DNA of 64,000 nucleotides from the human T2T-CHM13v2.0 reference genome, Homo sapiens: assembly GCF_009914755.1 (NCBI RefSeq), contig NC_060940.1. The stretch is one strand, 5' to 3'. Below the pieces are notes generated by a model, which had not been told where the DNA came from, ran no database searches, and worked only from the letters and a program-made list of their open reading frames with translations. Shown here piece by piece: positions 39,835-54,313 of this stretch. The position numbers were made by a program, and so were the translations under genes. Position 1 is the first letter of the stretch; each line of letters opens with the position of its first letter.

Positions 39835-39965
39835 ACACACACACACGCACACACACACCCTGGCACACAAGTAGTATATGCACAAGTGCACACACACTAT
39901 ACCTACAAATCCTTCACACCCACACACTCTCTTTACACACAAAGACACTCTGCACACACACACAC
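39835..39965. repeat. Degenerate (CA)n-rich tract
   Basis: Seen directly. Confidence 0.8.
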
Positions 39966-40399
39966 TGATTTTGTGTGCTCTCTGAGTGTGAGTTTGTGTT
40001 TGTGATCTTTCTCTTCCTGTGACATGTCATGTGTATGGCTCCATCACTCATTTTAATTACATTATTGTGGGCTGTGTTTGGCCTTTGGCTATTTTTGAGG
40101 CCAGATTAGAAAATTTAAAAACATCCATCTTTCTTCAGGAGAAACTTATAACAGCAATTGCCCTGGGGTGGGGAATTGGGATACAAAAGTAGGGATGGGG
40201 GAATTTACTTTTCATGGTCTTCCCTTTTGTTCTGTTTACATTTTTTAAAAAACCATGTGCATGTGTTATCTTTTCAAAAAATAAAAATAGAAACATTTAG
40301 GAAAAAAAATAAGAAAGCTACCTTGCTTCCAAAACAACCACTCACTAACATAAAAGCTTTTTATAACTGGGTTAGTTAGAGATTAAAGTTGAGGCCGGT

Positions 40400-40507
40400 T
40401 CTGGACAGGTTCACAGGCCCCTGGAAGCACGTCACCACCACCCATGCTGCTGGCAGCCCTCTAGGGCTTGGGCTCCGGACGTTGTCCAGGATGAGCCCAG
40501 AGGGATG
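40400..40507 (+). repeat. Unique 108-bp segment that is the donor for the copy at 44325-44432
   Basis: Ungapped alignment with 11 mismatches in 108. Confidence 0.95.
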
Positions 40508-41149
40508 TTTCTTCTCCCAGGAGCTCCCCCGTGGTGACCCCCAAACACTCATTTAGTTATTCTCTTTGCTAGGTCAGTGACAAATCTGCAAGGATTAGGC
40601 GAAGTAAGCTCTGAAATCTACTCAGTAAGATGAAAATCTGTCCCCTCATTCTCAGGCTCAAGGGGAAGTGATTAAATCTGAGGAGTTGGGCTCAGGGGGC
40701 AGGGGGCTTGCTGTAGCCTTTGAGTTCGAAGTTCTGCTGCATCCTTTCCTGTGATTTTAGAATCACTGGCATCTGGTCTCCAGACACAGTGGCAGCTGTT
40801 TGGAGCCCCAGAGTCAAACCCAGGGAGGATTGGGGCCTCCGAGGTGGACTGGATACTTAAAACCAGCTAATGAGAGAGCTGGGGCTTTCTTCTGAGTCCA
40901 AGATATTCCTGGAGGGATTAATTTTTATCAAATGACTTCTTAATGAGAGTCCGCTTACCTCCAAATTTGGAGACTTTAAAGCTCCTGAAATTTAAAACTA
41001 ATCAGCAGGCTGGTCTGCCTTGAATGTGAGGAGTTCACACAATTAGAAACTCAAAAGGGAAGAGAACATGTTAGTAACAGCCAGGAGCTAGCAGAGTGGA
41101 AAATATTAGCTTGAAATTCAGCAAGTGGCCTTGCTCTGTATCCTTGCAA

Positions 41150-41420
41150 ATTCAGGATAGGTTGCTAGGTTGGGATCTGAAACTGAGGTCCTGGGAGCTG
41201 GATCTGGCTGGCAGATATGTTTTCCTTAGCCCACAAATAATTTAAAATTTTGGGAAATTTCATGGACAAATGTGGTTTAAGGAGCTTCTTTGTAAAGTCA
41301 GAAATTCTGGCAGGAATAGGACTGCATTCCTGCATAGACAACAAACTCCTTGAGCTGCCTGGCAGCAGTCCCTTTATGATGGGCCATGTGTGGCCCAGTT
41401 TGCTGCAGTCTCCAACTTTC
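41150..41420 (-). mobile_element. MER102-like hAT fragment
   Basis: CTTCTTTGTAAAGTCAGAAATTCTGGCA..CTGCATTCCTGCATAG..CCAGTTTGCTGCAGTCTCCA. Confidence 0.55.
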
Positions 41421-41692
41421 CTTTAAGAGGAGAACTGTATGGATTATGTTACCTGCTCAGCCCTTGTGGATATTTGAGTCTGAGCTTCCTGCCCCAGATA
41501 CACTATACTCATGCTTAGAAGAACTCATGGGATGGACCACTTTGCAAATTTGGGGATGATTTTTTTGACAGTGAGGCCAAGACAATGCCACCGGCCTCAG
41601 TTTGGGGAATTCTCCATCCCAACCCACACCTTTGATTTGGCTTCCCCAGTGACTCAGCTTCAGGGAACTAATGTTTCTCTCCTTTACCCTGT

Positions 41693-42280
41693 TGTGAACA
41701 GACTCTAGGATTGTTTCAAATGATCTCTGCCTCCTGGTGCCTTTGTAGAATCTTACCCCTTGCAGGATAGGAAGGACCTGTGACTTCCTTCTAACCCATA
41801 TAATGGCCATGGTGACAGGATGACACTCTCATGATTATATGACAGAAGACCATAGCATCTGTCTTGCTAGCAGACTGTCTCTCTTTCTGGCTTTGATGAA
41901 GCAAGTGAGTATGCTGTGGAGGCCCATGAGCAAGGATCTGAGAGAGGCTCCTGTCCAACAAACAGCTGAGAACTAAGAGGGACCAACAGCCAGCAAGAAA
42001 CTAAGCCTGTCAGTCCAACAGCCCACAAGGACCTGAATCCTGCCAACAACCACATGAACTTGGAAGTGGCTTCTTCCCCAGTCAAGTCATTGGATGAGAT
42101 CACAGAGCTGGCTGACATCTTAACTGCAGCCTTGTGAAACTCTGAAGTAGCGAACCCAGGTAAGCCATGATCAGACACCAAACCACTGTCAGAAACTGTG
42201 AGACAATAAATGTGAGTTATTTCAAGCTGCTCAGTTGGTGGTATTATAATATTGTTATGTAACAATAGATAACTAACACA
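41693..42280 (+). mobile_element. MLT1E/F solo LTR
   Basis: CCTGCCAACAACCACATGAACTTGGAAG; AGAAACTGTGAGACAATAAATG..AATAGATAACTAACACA. Confidence 0.88.
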
Positions 42281-43281
42281 CATGCCTTTTGGTCTTGGAG
42301 TTTCAACAATTAACTCATGGTTTAGAACTGCTAATTGCTGCTACTGATTCTTCGAAATCTGGATCACTTGCCAGGATAGACTCTTTTTTTTTTTTTTTGG
42401 TGGGGGAGGAGAGAATACGGCCACACTCCGTTCATACCTCTGGTGTATCATTAACCAAATGTCTCCCACAATAAAATGGCAGTTTCTTGATGGAAGGGAT
42501 TGTATTCTGTTCATCTTGATGTCAGCAGTGCTGAATATTGTGTATGTGCTCAGTGAGTTGTTGTTGAGTGAATGAACATAGTTGAATGGCTGAATTGTCA
42601 ATTGCAGGCACTTTTGTCCCCCTCTAGTTCCATTCTTAATGACTGGATCATCTTCTGCTGTTTGAAGGCACCAGAGTTTGATTAATACAGGTGACTAATA
42701 TTCTTTTTGTATTTATCTTGTTTCTGCAGAATTTTTTGCTAATATAACTAATATAATAATAATAATGCTTCAATTCAGCATTCTAATAGCCAAATGTTTG
42801 TGCTCATTTATGATTGTTGTTGGGCCAAAACATATGTGTAATATTATGGTTTTTAATACTTACTGGAAAGATATTTACACTTCTAAAAATATAGTATATA
42901 GGAATGTCAACTTTCCCACACATTTACCAGTATTGGTTAGTATTTTTCTGGTTAACCTTTGCCAATTTAATAGGTGGGGATACTATCTTGTTGTTTTATT
43001 TGCATTTATTTGCTAGTGAGTGAGGTGGAATTTTTTATTAACAGTTTGTATTTCTTTTATAAATTTATATTTCATGTCCATTGACCATTTTTCTATTGGG
43101 AAGGTTGATCTTTATTTTATTGATTTGTAAGAGTTCTTTATATATTAGCTCTTAAGATAAAATATTACATATTATATATTATCATATATATGTTTTGGAA
43201 CACATTAAAAAATTTTTATTTGGTGAAATTTACTAGTTTTTTATTTTACAGTTCCTGCCTTTTCTTCATACTTAGTTATTT

Positions 43282-44061
43282 TGAGAAGTATCTGTTCATA
43301 TCCTTCACCCATTTTCTGATGGGGTTGTTTGTTTGTTTGTTTTCCTTGTAAATTTGTTTAAGTTCCTTGTAGATTCTGGTGAGGCTGTGGAGAAATAGGA
43401 ATCCTTTTACACTGTTGGTGCGAGTGTAAATTAATTCAACCATTGTGGAAGACAGTGTGACAATTCCTCAAGGATCTAGAACCAGAAATACCATTTGACC
43501 CAGCAATCCCATTACTAGGTATATACCCAAAGGATTATAAATCATTCTACTATAAAGACACATGCACATGTATGTTTATTGCGGCACTATTCACAATAGC
43601 AAAGATTTGGAACCAACCCAAATGTCCATTGATGATAGACTGGATAAAGAAAATGTGGCACATATTCACCATGGAATACTATGCAGCCATAAAAAAGAAT
43701 GAGTTTATGTCCTTTGCAGGAACATGGATGAAGCTGGAAGCCATCATTCTCAGCAAACTAACACAGGAACAGAAAACCAAACACTGCATGTTCTCACTCA
43801 TAAGTGGGAGGTGAACAGTGAGAACACATGGACACAGGGAGGGGAACATCACACACCGGGGTCTGTTGGGGCATGGGGGGTAAGGGGAGGGCAAGCATTA
43901 GGACGAATACCTAAGGCATGCAGGGCTTAAAACCTAGATGACAGGTTGACAGCTGCAGCAAACCACCATGGCATATGTATATCTATGTAACAAACCTGCA
44001 CGTTCTGCACATATATCCCAGAACTTCAAGTAAAATTTAAAAAAGAACAATAGAAAAAGAA
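43282..44061 (+). mobile_element. L1PA7/8-like insertion with 5' inversion (43282-43379 antisense, ~43376-44061 sense), inside an old antisense L1M
   Basis: Antisense TGAGAAGTATCTGTTCATATCC..GTAGATTCTGG joined to sense CTGGTGAGGCTGTGGAGAAATAGG; TSD AGTTATTT at 43274-43281 and 44062-44069. Confidence 0.9.
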
Positions 44062-44110
44062 AGTTATTTACCACCTTCAACATTATATGCTCATTCTCCA
44101 ACCTTTTTTC

Positions 44111-44580
<470 letters not shown>

Positions 44581-44979
44581 TCAATGTTGCAACTGATACA
44601 AGGACTTTCTCTGTATCAGTAATATTTTGGCCAAGCATAATTGAAATCTACACATATAGAATCAGACTTGATCTTTCAGCAGACTCACGCTGATAGATTC
44701 TTAACAAAACCTGTTTTCTCTACCCAAGACTCCAGAGGCTCTGCAGGCCTTTGCCTATCCAACTACTTACTCCCACATTCTTCCCCTTTCAGTGGTGGAA
44801 GCCACTTCATATCTTTATCTAAGCTCTAGGAATAAAAGTTTCCTTGGAAGACAGACTCAGCAATGAGTGTTGGGAGGCAGAACATGTTATTTTGACAACA
44901 GGTGGTAAACTGGACAAGTAATCAGTTCTGAGTCCTACAGGAAGTGGGAGCATCCTACAGGTGATCAGAAACATAATGG

Positions 44980-45170
44980 GATCAGGAATTGCTCAAGTAT
45001 GGACTCAGTGCCAGCAACTGTGTTAGGGTACTAATATCTATTACATAACTTAACCTTCTTAATAACTCTATGGTGGAGACATTTTCAGCCACATTTTGAA
45101 AATGAGGGAACTAAGACTCAGGATCTTGATTCAGGTTTGTCTGACTTTGAGGTCTGTGCCCTTTCCACCA
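44980..45170 (-). mobile_element. MIR
   Basis: CATTTTGAAAATGAGGGAACTAAGACTCAG..CAGGTTTGTCTGACT. Confidence 0.7.
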
Positions 45171-45704
45171 CGCTACAATGCTGTTTCATGTGTCACTGCA
45201 TGGCTATAGGTAATATTTGGGGATGCAGGCAGCATCAGGAGCAGAATAGTCAAGCTGTGGGGCTAGGTTTCAGGTGAGGTGATGGGTGAGCACCGATTTG
45301 GTATCTGGGTGGATTATTATAAAGGGGGAATGTGAGAGCCTCATGAACTCAGCCTTTGGCAGAAATGGACAGTCTGGTGCCTTGATCTACAAATGCCCGT
45401 TTAGATACTTCTTAGAGTTTTCTAACCCTGCATTTTCTTATCTATGCATGGGTTCACCCTGTGTTAACTTGTATTCCTTGTAGCAAGTTTTCTTTCACCA
45501 TCCTCCTTTATTATCTGTAGGATCCCTTGGGGGTGACCCATGTATAAACCCAATGTTCTCCTTAGCATTGGGTGTTGGAAGTGTGCTGGTATATATGCCA
45601 CTTTCCTAGTGCTTATGAGTAGGTATTTCACATCTCAAGATCATAGAGGGATAAGATAACTTCATCAGGTAGAATCATTGAGAGCAATTGTCTCTGAAAC
45701 CATA

Positions 45705-46680
45705 CTTCACTTATGTATTCCACAAATATTTATTGAGCACTTACTATGTGCCAAGCACCATCCTAGATGCCTGAAAGATAGCAAGTGAATAGAGTCTTAT
45801 AATATATTAAATGGACCAAGCTGAGAGAGAACCTGCCGTCAGTGAGCTTACATTCTAGCACAGCAGAGTACAAACAATACACACAACAAATAAACAAATT
45901 ATATGGTACATCAGCAGAAGGTGATAAGTGGTATTAAATTAAAAAGTGGAGCATGTAATTGCCAGAGATGGACAATGGAGATGGAGAGGAGTCACAGTAT
46001 TCAATAGGGAGGTCAAAGTGGGCATCACTGAGAATGGGATTTTTGACCAGATACTTAAAGAACATGTGGGACTTAAAGAAACAGATATTTTGGGGAAAGG
46101 TGTTCCAGGCTAGAAAGAACAGGAGGAGCAAAGTCTATGAGATTGGAGTGAGCCCACGGTGCAAGGAGACAATGTCCGGAGAAAAGGGAGTGTAAGTCAG
46201 ATGAGATGAGGCTGGAAAGATAATAGGGCGGGAGAAGCGTGTAGGACCTCGTAGGACACTGTAAGTGCTTTGGTTTTTCCTTTGGATGAAATGAGGTCCA
46301 TTGTAGGGCTTTGGGCAGAGATGGGACATGATCTGATACTTAGCAGGATCTGGTGGCTGCTGTGTTGAGAATAGATCATAATTAAGCAATAATGGAGCCA
46401 GTGAGGTCAGTAAGAAATCCATGCAAAAAACCTGAAATGATGGTGGCTCTGATCAGGGCGATAGGAGTTAAAGTGGTGAGAAGTAGTTGGATTCTAAATA
46501 TACTTTGAAGGGAGAGCCAATGGGATTCCCTGATGTAATAGACGTGGGGTAAAAGAACGAGAGTAGTCAAGGTGGACATGCTCAAGTCAAAGGATAGAGT
46601 TGCCTTTAACTCAGGCAGGGAAGGCTGTGGAAGGTGCCGGTTTTGAGGGGGAAGATAAAGATCTCTGTTTCAGACAATTG
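45705..46680 (-). mobile_element. L2 (~1 kb of 3' region)
   Basis: CAAATATTTATTGAGCACTTACTATGTGCCAAGCAC; GGATTCTAAATATACTTTGAAGG. Confidence 0.85.
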
Positions 46681-46874
46681 AAAGGTTATTCCTTTCATAT
46701 TATACCTTGATAATAATCATAATATCCCTTGATTAGTCACGGAATGTGGCATGAGGTGATGGGAGTTGAGATGACTCAAAAGGGAAATGAGGAAATGTGC
46801 AAAGAAAGAGAGGGTTCTTCCCATATCATCCTTCTCTGAAAGTGTTTAATGAGTAAGTTAATAAGATTCCCCTC

Positions 46875-47287
46875 TAATGGGAGAGACTTCTGGTGCCCAA
46901 CTTTATGTGATCCTCCTCTTCCCCTGAGCACACCAGAGGATGACACAGCCTAACCCCCATAAAGTGGGACAGGGCTATGTGGACAGTGGGCTGGAATGGA
47001 AGTGATGTGTCACCTCTAGACCAAAGCATTGAATTATCATGATGACCCTATTCCTCTCTCCTCTTCTGTCCTGGTGACCAAGGAAGGCTTCATATTCTAG
47101 ATGGACCAGCAACAAAATGTCAGAGCCTCCATCCATCATTCTGGGTAGCTCTATGGAGCAGAGTTCCCCCACTGACCTTGCTGGACATGTACTGTGAAGA
47201 GGAAATACAGCCTGTTGGATTGAAACCACTGAGATTTCAGGGTTAATATGTTACCACAGCAAAACCTAGACTATCTTGACTAAAACA
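46875..47287 (+). mobile_element. MLT1 (I/J-type) LTR
   Basis: GGAAGTGATGTGTCACCTCTAG; AAACCACTGAGATTTCAGGG..TGTTACCACAGCAAAACCTAG..CTTGACTAAAACA. Confidence 0.75.
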
Positions 47288-47704
47288 ACCTTACAGACAG
47301 AAGCAAATTACAGCTTACTCTATTTCCTCTTTCATCTCTTATCCTTTTAAGAAACACAAAAGCTGCTAACACTTTCCTGATGCTCCTGATAATACATCAG
47401 TACATCAGAACCCCCACCCATCCTAAGAGACTCAGCTCTGTGTGAAGCCTTCCCCACCCCCACTCCAAGCAGAGTGAGAAGATGCCTCCTTTCTGTTCCC
47501 ATGGCGCTCTTATCATACCTCTATTAGAGCACTTACCACATTGTATTGAAATGATTTGTGTATGTCTGTCTTTCCCACTAGACTGTAAGTGTCAGAAGCC
47601 CCCTCTATTTCCCTCTTAAGAAACAGGGGAAATATACCAAAGGAAGGATAAATACAGATAAAAGGCAGCTGCCCTTAGTCTCTCCCCAGCCTTTATCTGG
47701 CACT

Positions 47705-48100
47705 GTTTTAGTTGAGGCTGTTTTGATTGCAGGCAACAAAAACCTAATCTTGCTAGTTTAAGTGAAAAGAAAGAAAATTTGTTGGAAGAATATAAGGATA
47801 TAGTCACTCTTGGAATCCAAGGAAAAGGTGAACAATACCTCAAGAAATTGCAGGAGCCAGGGAAGTCTTGGGATGTCAGTGAGGGACTTTATCAACCTTC
47901 CCTCTAAAGCTCTACCATGGCCTGACACAGCTGCCAACTCCAAGACTCTGGATCCATCAGTGATGTTTTTCAGGACCAAGAATCTGGCGCAGTTGGGTCA
48001 AGTGTCTGTCTCTGGCCCTGTCCCCAATGGCCAGAAGACATGTAGTGCAGTAGAAACAGAGCCATGGTTTTGGGTATAGGGGCAATTCTCAGAGATAAGG
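47705..48100 (-). mobile_element. MLT1K-like LTR fragment
   Basis: TAGTTGAGGCTGTTTTGATTGCAGGCAACAAAAACC. Confidence 0.5.
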
Positions 48101-48181
48101 GTCAGGCGAATCCTCTAATGGATGCTTATGTCAGGTAATATCTTGCCCAACCCTTGGTAAAAGCATGTACCCGCCTCACAG

Positions 48182-48268
48182 CTCTCTCTTGACCTGATAC
48201 TTTCCGATAAGTTTCAACCAAGGTAGACTCTCTCTTGACCTGACACTTTCCAATAAATTTCCACCAAG
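48182..48268. repeat. 41-bp direct repeat, period 46
   Basis: 48182-48222 vs 48228-48268, 4 mismatches, spacer GTAGA. Confidence 0.9.
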
Positions 48269-48902
48269 TGCCTTCCTGGAGCCTGCCTTAATGTCCCAAA
48301 TGACCCTAACCATTTGCAAAAATTCCAGGACACGCAGTCTTCTTCTGGAGACCAGAATACATCTCAGAAGTGTAGGTCACCTGAGTTGCTTTTACCTGGC
48401 TGCCCTATTGCTCTGTTGCTTTTCTCCTTGATGGTTCACAGGCACTAGGCTCTGCTCAGGGGCTTTATCACCCTCCTTTGAGGCTGATTGCTCAGCCAAA
48501 CTGGATTGTTAGCTGGAAACAGACAATGCTTTTACCCATATTAAGCCCACAAAATGCATATTAAATTAAATGGAAGTGGATTACTAAAAGCTAGATTGTG
48601 TCTTCTTTTACCAGCCTTCTCTGGAATGGAAAACTGGAGTCCTGCAGGGAAGAGAGTGTGTGGCATCAATTCTGGAAACAGATTACCTCAGTCTTGATGG
48701 CTGATTCTCAGATTCTCATGTATTCATTCACTCACTCATTCAGCAAACATTTCTGGGGATGCCAAGCACTTTCTTAGGACTGGGGATATTAAGATGAAAA
48801 AGATCTTATCTTGCCATTACCTCAAGTCTAGTGTAGTGGGGGATGCAGACATTTACATTCTGGGTGATAGAACAGGCAACAAAGTCTTAGAAAAGAGTAT
48901 GA

Positions 48903-49514
48903 GTGTTGGTGGGACTGTAAATTAGTACAACCAATAGGGAAAACAGCATGGAGACTTCTTAAAGAACTAAAAATAGAACTCCCATTGGACCTAGCAGTCC
49001 TGCTACTGGGTATATCCCCAAAGAAAAATAAATCATTATGTAAAAAAGACACCTGCCCTAGTATGTTTATCACAGCACTATTCACAATAGCAAAGTCATG
49101 GAATCAACCTAAGTGTCCTTCAATAGATGACTGGATAAAGAAGATGTGGGGCATATACATCATGGAATACTATGCAGGCATAAAAAAGAATCAAGTGATG
49201 TCTTTTGTAGCAACATGGATGGAGCTGGAGACCATTATCCTAAGTGAAATAATTCAGAAACAGAAAATCAAATACCACATGTTCTCACTTATAAGTGAGA
49301 GCTAAACAGTGGGCATACATGGACATAAAGATGGAAATAATATACACTGAAGACTCCAAAAGTGGGGGAAATGGAAGGAGAGTGAGGATTGAAAAATTGC
49401 CTATTGGGTGCAATTGCCTATTTGCATGATGGGCACACTAGAAATCCAAACTTCATCGTTATACAATCTATCCATGTTACAAACCTGCATATGCACCCCC
49501 TGAATCTATTTTTA
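48903..49514 (+). mobile_element. 5'-truncated L1PB
   Basis: ORF 48985..49305 is L1 ORF2 C-terminus ([26 protein letters not shown]); TSD-like AAAAGAGTATG / AAAAGAGAATG. Confidence 0.88.
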
Positions 49515-49519
49515 AAAAG

Positions 49520-49740
49520 AGAATGTGGATTACAAAAAGACCTCAATATGAATGCTCCCTTTACCACTTCCTAGGCGCAAGACCTTGAACAAATTACTTG
49601 ACTTTTCCAGATCTTAGTTGCTTTATGACAAAAGAAGGCAAAAATAATGTCAGCTTTGCAGTGTTGTATTGAGTACTATATATAATATGTAAAGTATCTG
49701 GCATATAATAGATTGCTGGTAGATGGTAACTATTAATATG
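49520..49740 (+). mobile_element. MIR
   Basis: GACCTTGAACAAATTACTTGAC..ATGTAAAGTATCTGGCATATAATAG. Confidence 0.65.
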
Positions 49741-50006
49741 ATTATGAAATCCAAGTTTTTCACATGGTTATAATTTTGTGTAATTTCTGGTGTCTATAAT
49801 AGTGTCTGGCACGTAGTAAGACTTCAGTACATATTTTTTTGAATGAATGCTCATTTCTCTGGCACTTACCCTCTATCAGGCATCTGTATGTGTGTCTGTA
49901 AAATAATTCAATTTAGAGAAGGACAATGCAGTCAATATAGAAGCTAAGACCTTCATCTCCAGTGTCAGAAACATTTGTGTTCTGAGCGTTACTATGATTT
50001 GGGCTC

Positions 50007-50403
50007 TGTCTTAGGTCAGGGGCCTAGAAGCAGAACCTGAGAAGGGGCTTCCTGTGTAAGTGATCGGACTCTTCTTGGGAGAAACATGTAAGACAGTGAT
50101 GGAGACAGGTGAAAAACTAGACAAAGATGTCTGGTGGTTTCTGGCGCCTCAGTCTGGCTTCAGTCCAATCCCATAGAGAGCTGCAGACTGTGAATTGCAC
50201 AAGAAAGGGGGCTCGCTCTGGTACCCCCAACATCAGTCAGCTATTGGAGGCAGGTGGCCCTGGGGAGGGGGTTTTTAATCTCTCAAGCATCTCTAGGCAG
50301 AGTGCTCCCATTGAGAGAATGCCAGTATGAACTCATAGTCATCACCACCAGAAGCTGGGGGCTGTAAAGGGGACCTGGTGGGGAACAAAGAGCATGTACT
50401 ATA
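50007..50403 (-). mobile_element. LTR16-family solo LTR
   Basis: TGTCTTAGGTCAGGGGCCTAGAAGCAGAACCTGAGA; GGGACCTGGTGGGGAACAAAGAGCAT. Confidence 0.6.
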
Positions 50404-50524
50404 GACCTGTAAGCACTATCATCAAATATGGCACCCCCCCTGCAGTTTATGACACTTGAGGGAATCGAGGGATTGAGAACTTAAAATACTCATCCAAAGT
50501 TATTTAGCTCTAAGTAAAAAGTTA

Positions 50525-51277
<753 letters not shown>

Positions 51278-51780
51278 ATGAGAGCACTTTTTGGATCCCT
51301 CAGCAGCAGAGATCTGACTGACACTCACTTCCCAGGAGCACGGATGGGAGCGATCACAAAACCTCAGAGAAGAAAGGCATGCGGTGCTTCCAGGCAGATG
51401 AGACCCCAGGAAGGCTCACAAAAGATTCTCACTTTCTAAGCTTTACAAAGAAGCACTGAATAAATGGATGAAAAGAAGCCACGCGGACAGGGACAATGGC
51501 TGCATCCATGGCAGCTTGTGCAGACAGATGACTGAGAATCAAATTCAGCCACTCTTTGGGTGCAAAAGACATGGATGTGACATGACCCTTGGAAGAACCA
51601 AAGTTTGTTTTTTTGTTTTCTACAAATCAGAGGGATATGGAACATGCAGTGAAATAATCACATCGGGCCAGAAAAAAAGAAAATACATTTATTGCACTAC
51701 TGACTTTGAAGTTTGAAATGTGTACCTATAACAAATGGAAAAACAATTTCTTGGCTTCAGGGAATGGGGTGATAGTGCCC

Positions 51781-51843
51781 TGGGTTATGGTGAGTGGAGA
51801 GTGGGTTATGGTGACTGGGTTATAGTGAGTGGATTATGGTGGC
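51781..51843. repeat. 14-bp degenerate tandem repeat (TGGGTTATGGTGAG) x4
   Basis: Units at 51781, 51802, 51816, 51830. Confidence 0.8.
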
Positions 51844-53497
51844 TTTATACTGAAGTCAGCATTGCTGCTCACTAAAAGGCAAATTTTATCTATTCATTTG
51901 TGTTTCTCTACTCACTGTTCCTACTAGGATGATGGAAAATATTGAAAATTGAGGTCTAGATAAACTAAAGCTAGAACCCTGATAGGGCTATTGTCTCAGT
52001 GAAAGGGGGACTAATACATTGTGCCCACCAGTCTGGAGAAGCAAACTGAGGAATTTGTCACTCACCAGGGCTCTGGGTTGGAAAATTACAAAACGACTCA
52101 TCCATGAGAAACTGAAATGCCAAGTCTGCACCACACGGTCAGGTTGAAAATCAAGTTTACACTACTGGTAAGTGCAGGGATATCTCTAACACGATCAATT
52201 AACATCATAAGCTTGTCTTAGACTGGTAAAACACCCAAGGTTCTCTGCAGACCAAATGCAAAAACATTCTGTAAAAACATTATCAGAACACTAGGCTCCC
52301 TGGGACTCCCATGGTATAAAAAATTCCTGCTAGGATTTAGCAATCATTCAAAAACTACAAACCATAGGAAGAAATTATCAACCATAAGGAAAAGTCGGCA
52401 GACACTCAAACAGTAAAATTAGCAGTCTCAGGAACTTCAGGTAACAGAATAACAGTGTGAAAGGACTATAAGTCTGCTTAAAAATATTAAGGTGATAAAA
52501 GCAAAAGTAGACATAATCGCAAAAGAGCAGAATGATGTGAAAATAACAAGCAGAATCAAATAGAATGTCTGCCAATAAAAATAAAACCTCAATAAATGTG
52601 TTAGACAACAGATTAAACCAGCTAAAATGAGAATTGTTGATGTATAAGACAGAGCTAAGAATATTACCCAGAATAAAGGCAACAGAGAGGAAGATGTGGA
52701 CAGGATGAAAAAAGATATGGGGAACAGGATGTGAGAAAATGTTCTAGAAGGAAAGAATAGAGAGGAATATGCAATGATAGTTTCCAGAAATCAGGAGGCC
52801 TACTGCGTTCTAACAAGGTACATAAAATTAAATCCGCAAATGGATACATCAAGATGAAACTGAAAAACAAGCAAGACAAGGAAAATCTTAAAAGCCACCA
52901 GAGATAAAAGATAATGAAATTAACTGCAATGGAAAAACAGATTGATAGTCACAATAGACGCTCAGAAGAATGAAATGGTCCCTCCAAAGTCCTGATAAAG
53001 AATGCTGTCAATCTGGAATCCCACATTCAGTTTAAATATCAAGAATGAAGGTAATAAAAAGACATCTCTAGACAGAAAAGATGGAGAGGATTTAATAATC
53101 CCAGGGATGTGTTTTCGTAAAAGGATATTGAACACAGAAGGAAGGAGTGGGGGACATGGAGTATTATTGAGCTGACAAACTGGTGACATTTGTGGGTAAC
53201 TCTAAAAAAGCATTTTTCTTAAAAAATAGTAACCAACATTGGGGGAGGGAGTAAAAGCAAGGTGGAAATAAAATAACCAGACAACAAAAATAAATCAGAT
53301 GGGAAAAGAACAATGAGAGTTAAAACTTTCTAAGGCCCTTGTGTTGCTCTGGAGGATAGGAGAAATAGTGATTAACTACAGAGATGACCTATGCACACTA
53401 AAAACTTAAAGGAACTACTAAGAGAATAGAAATGGAATGCACAACTTCCAAACAAGTTGCAGGGAAAATACCTAATTCAATAAAAATAGGAGATATA

Positions 53498-53803
<306 letters not shown>

Positions 53804-53924
53804 TAAGTAGGAGTTACAAACTATAGAAAGTATGTAATAGAAAATAAAAATCACAAAGCTAGATGGTCCAAATAAACCCAAAGATGCTAGTAATTACAAT
53901 AAACATAAATGGATCATTGCCATT

Positions 53925-54313
53925 TTTTTTTTACATGAATAAGTTCTTTAGTGGTGATTTCTGAGATTTGGGTGCACCCGTCACCTGAGCAGAGTACACT
54001 GTACCCAACGTACAGTCTTTTATCCCTCACCCACCTCCCACCCTTCCCCTCTAGTCCACAAAGTCCACTGCATCATTCTTATGCCTCTGTGTCATCATAA
54101 CTTAGCTCCCACTTTTGAGTGAGAACATGCGATGTTTGGTGTTCCATTCCTGAGTTACTTCACTTAGAATAATAGTCTCCAATTCCATCCAGGTTGCTGC
54201 AAATGCCATTATTTTGTTCCTTTTTATGGCTGAGTAGTATTCCATGGCATATATATATACCACAGTTTCTTTATCTGCTTGTTGATTGATGGGCATTTGG
54301 GCTGGTTCCATAT
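53925..54313 (-). mobile_element. Short L1PB1-like 3' end
   Basis: TTACATGAATAAGTTCTTTAGTGGTGATTTCTGAGATTT; TSD TCATTGCCATT / TCATTACCATT. Confidence 0.88.

Noticed and set aside
43572-43814. ORF with strong protein-like signal (also 48985-49305, 33664-34023, 19914-20120)
   Set aside because: L1 ORF2 C-terminal remnants in 5'-truncated copies, not genes
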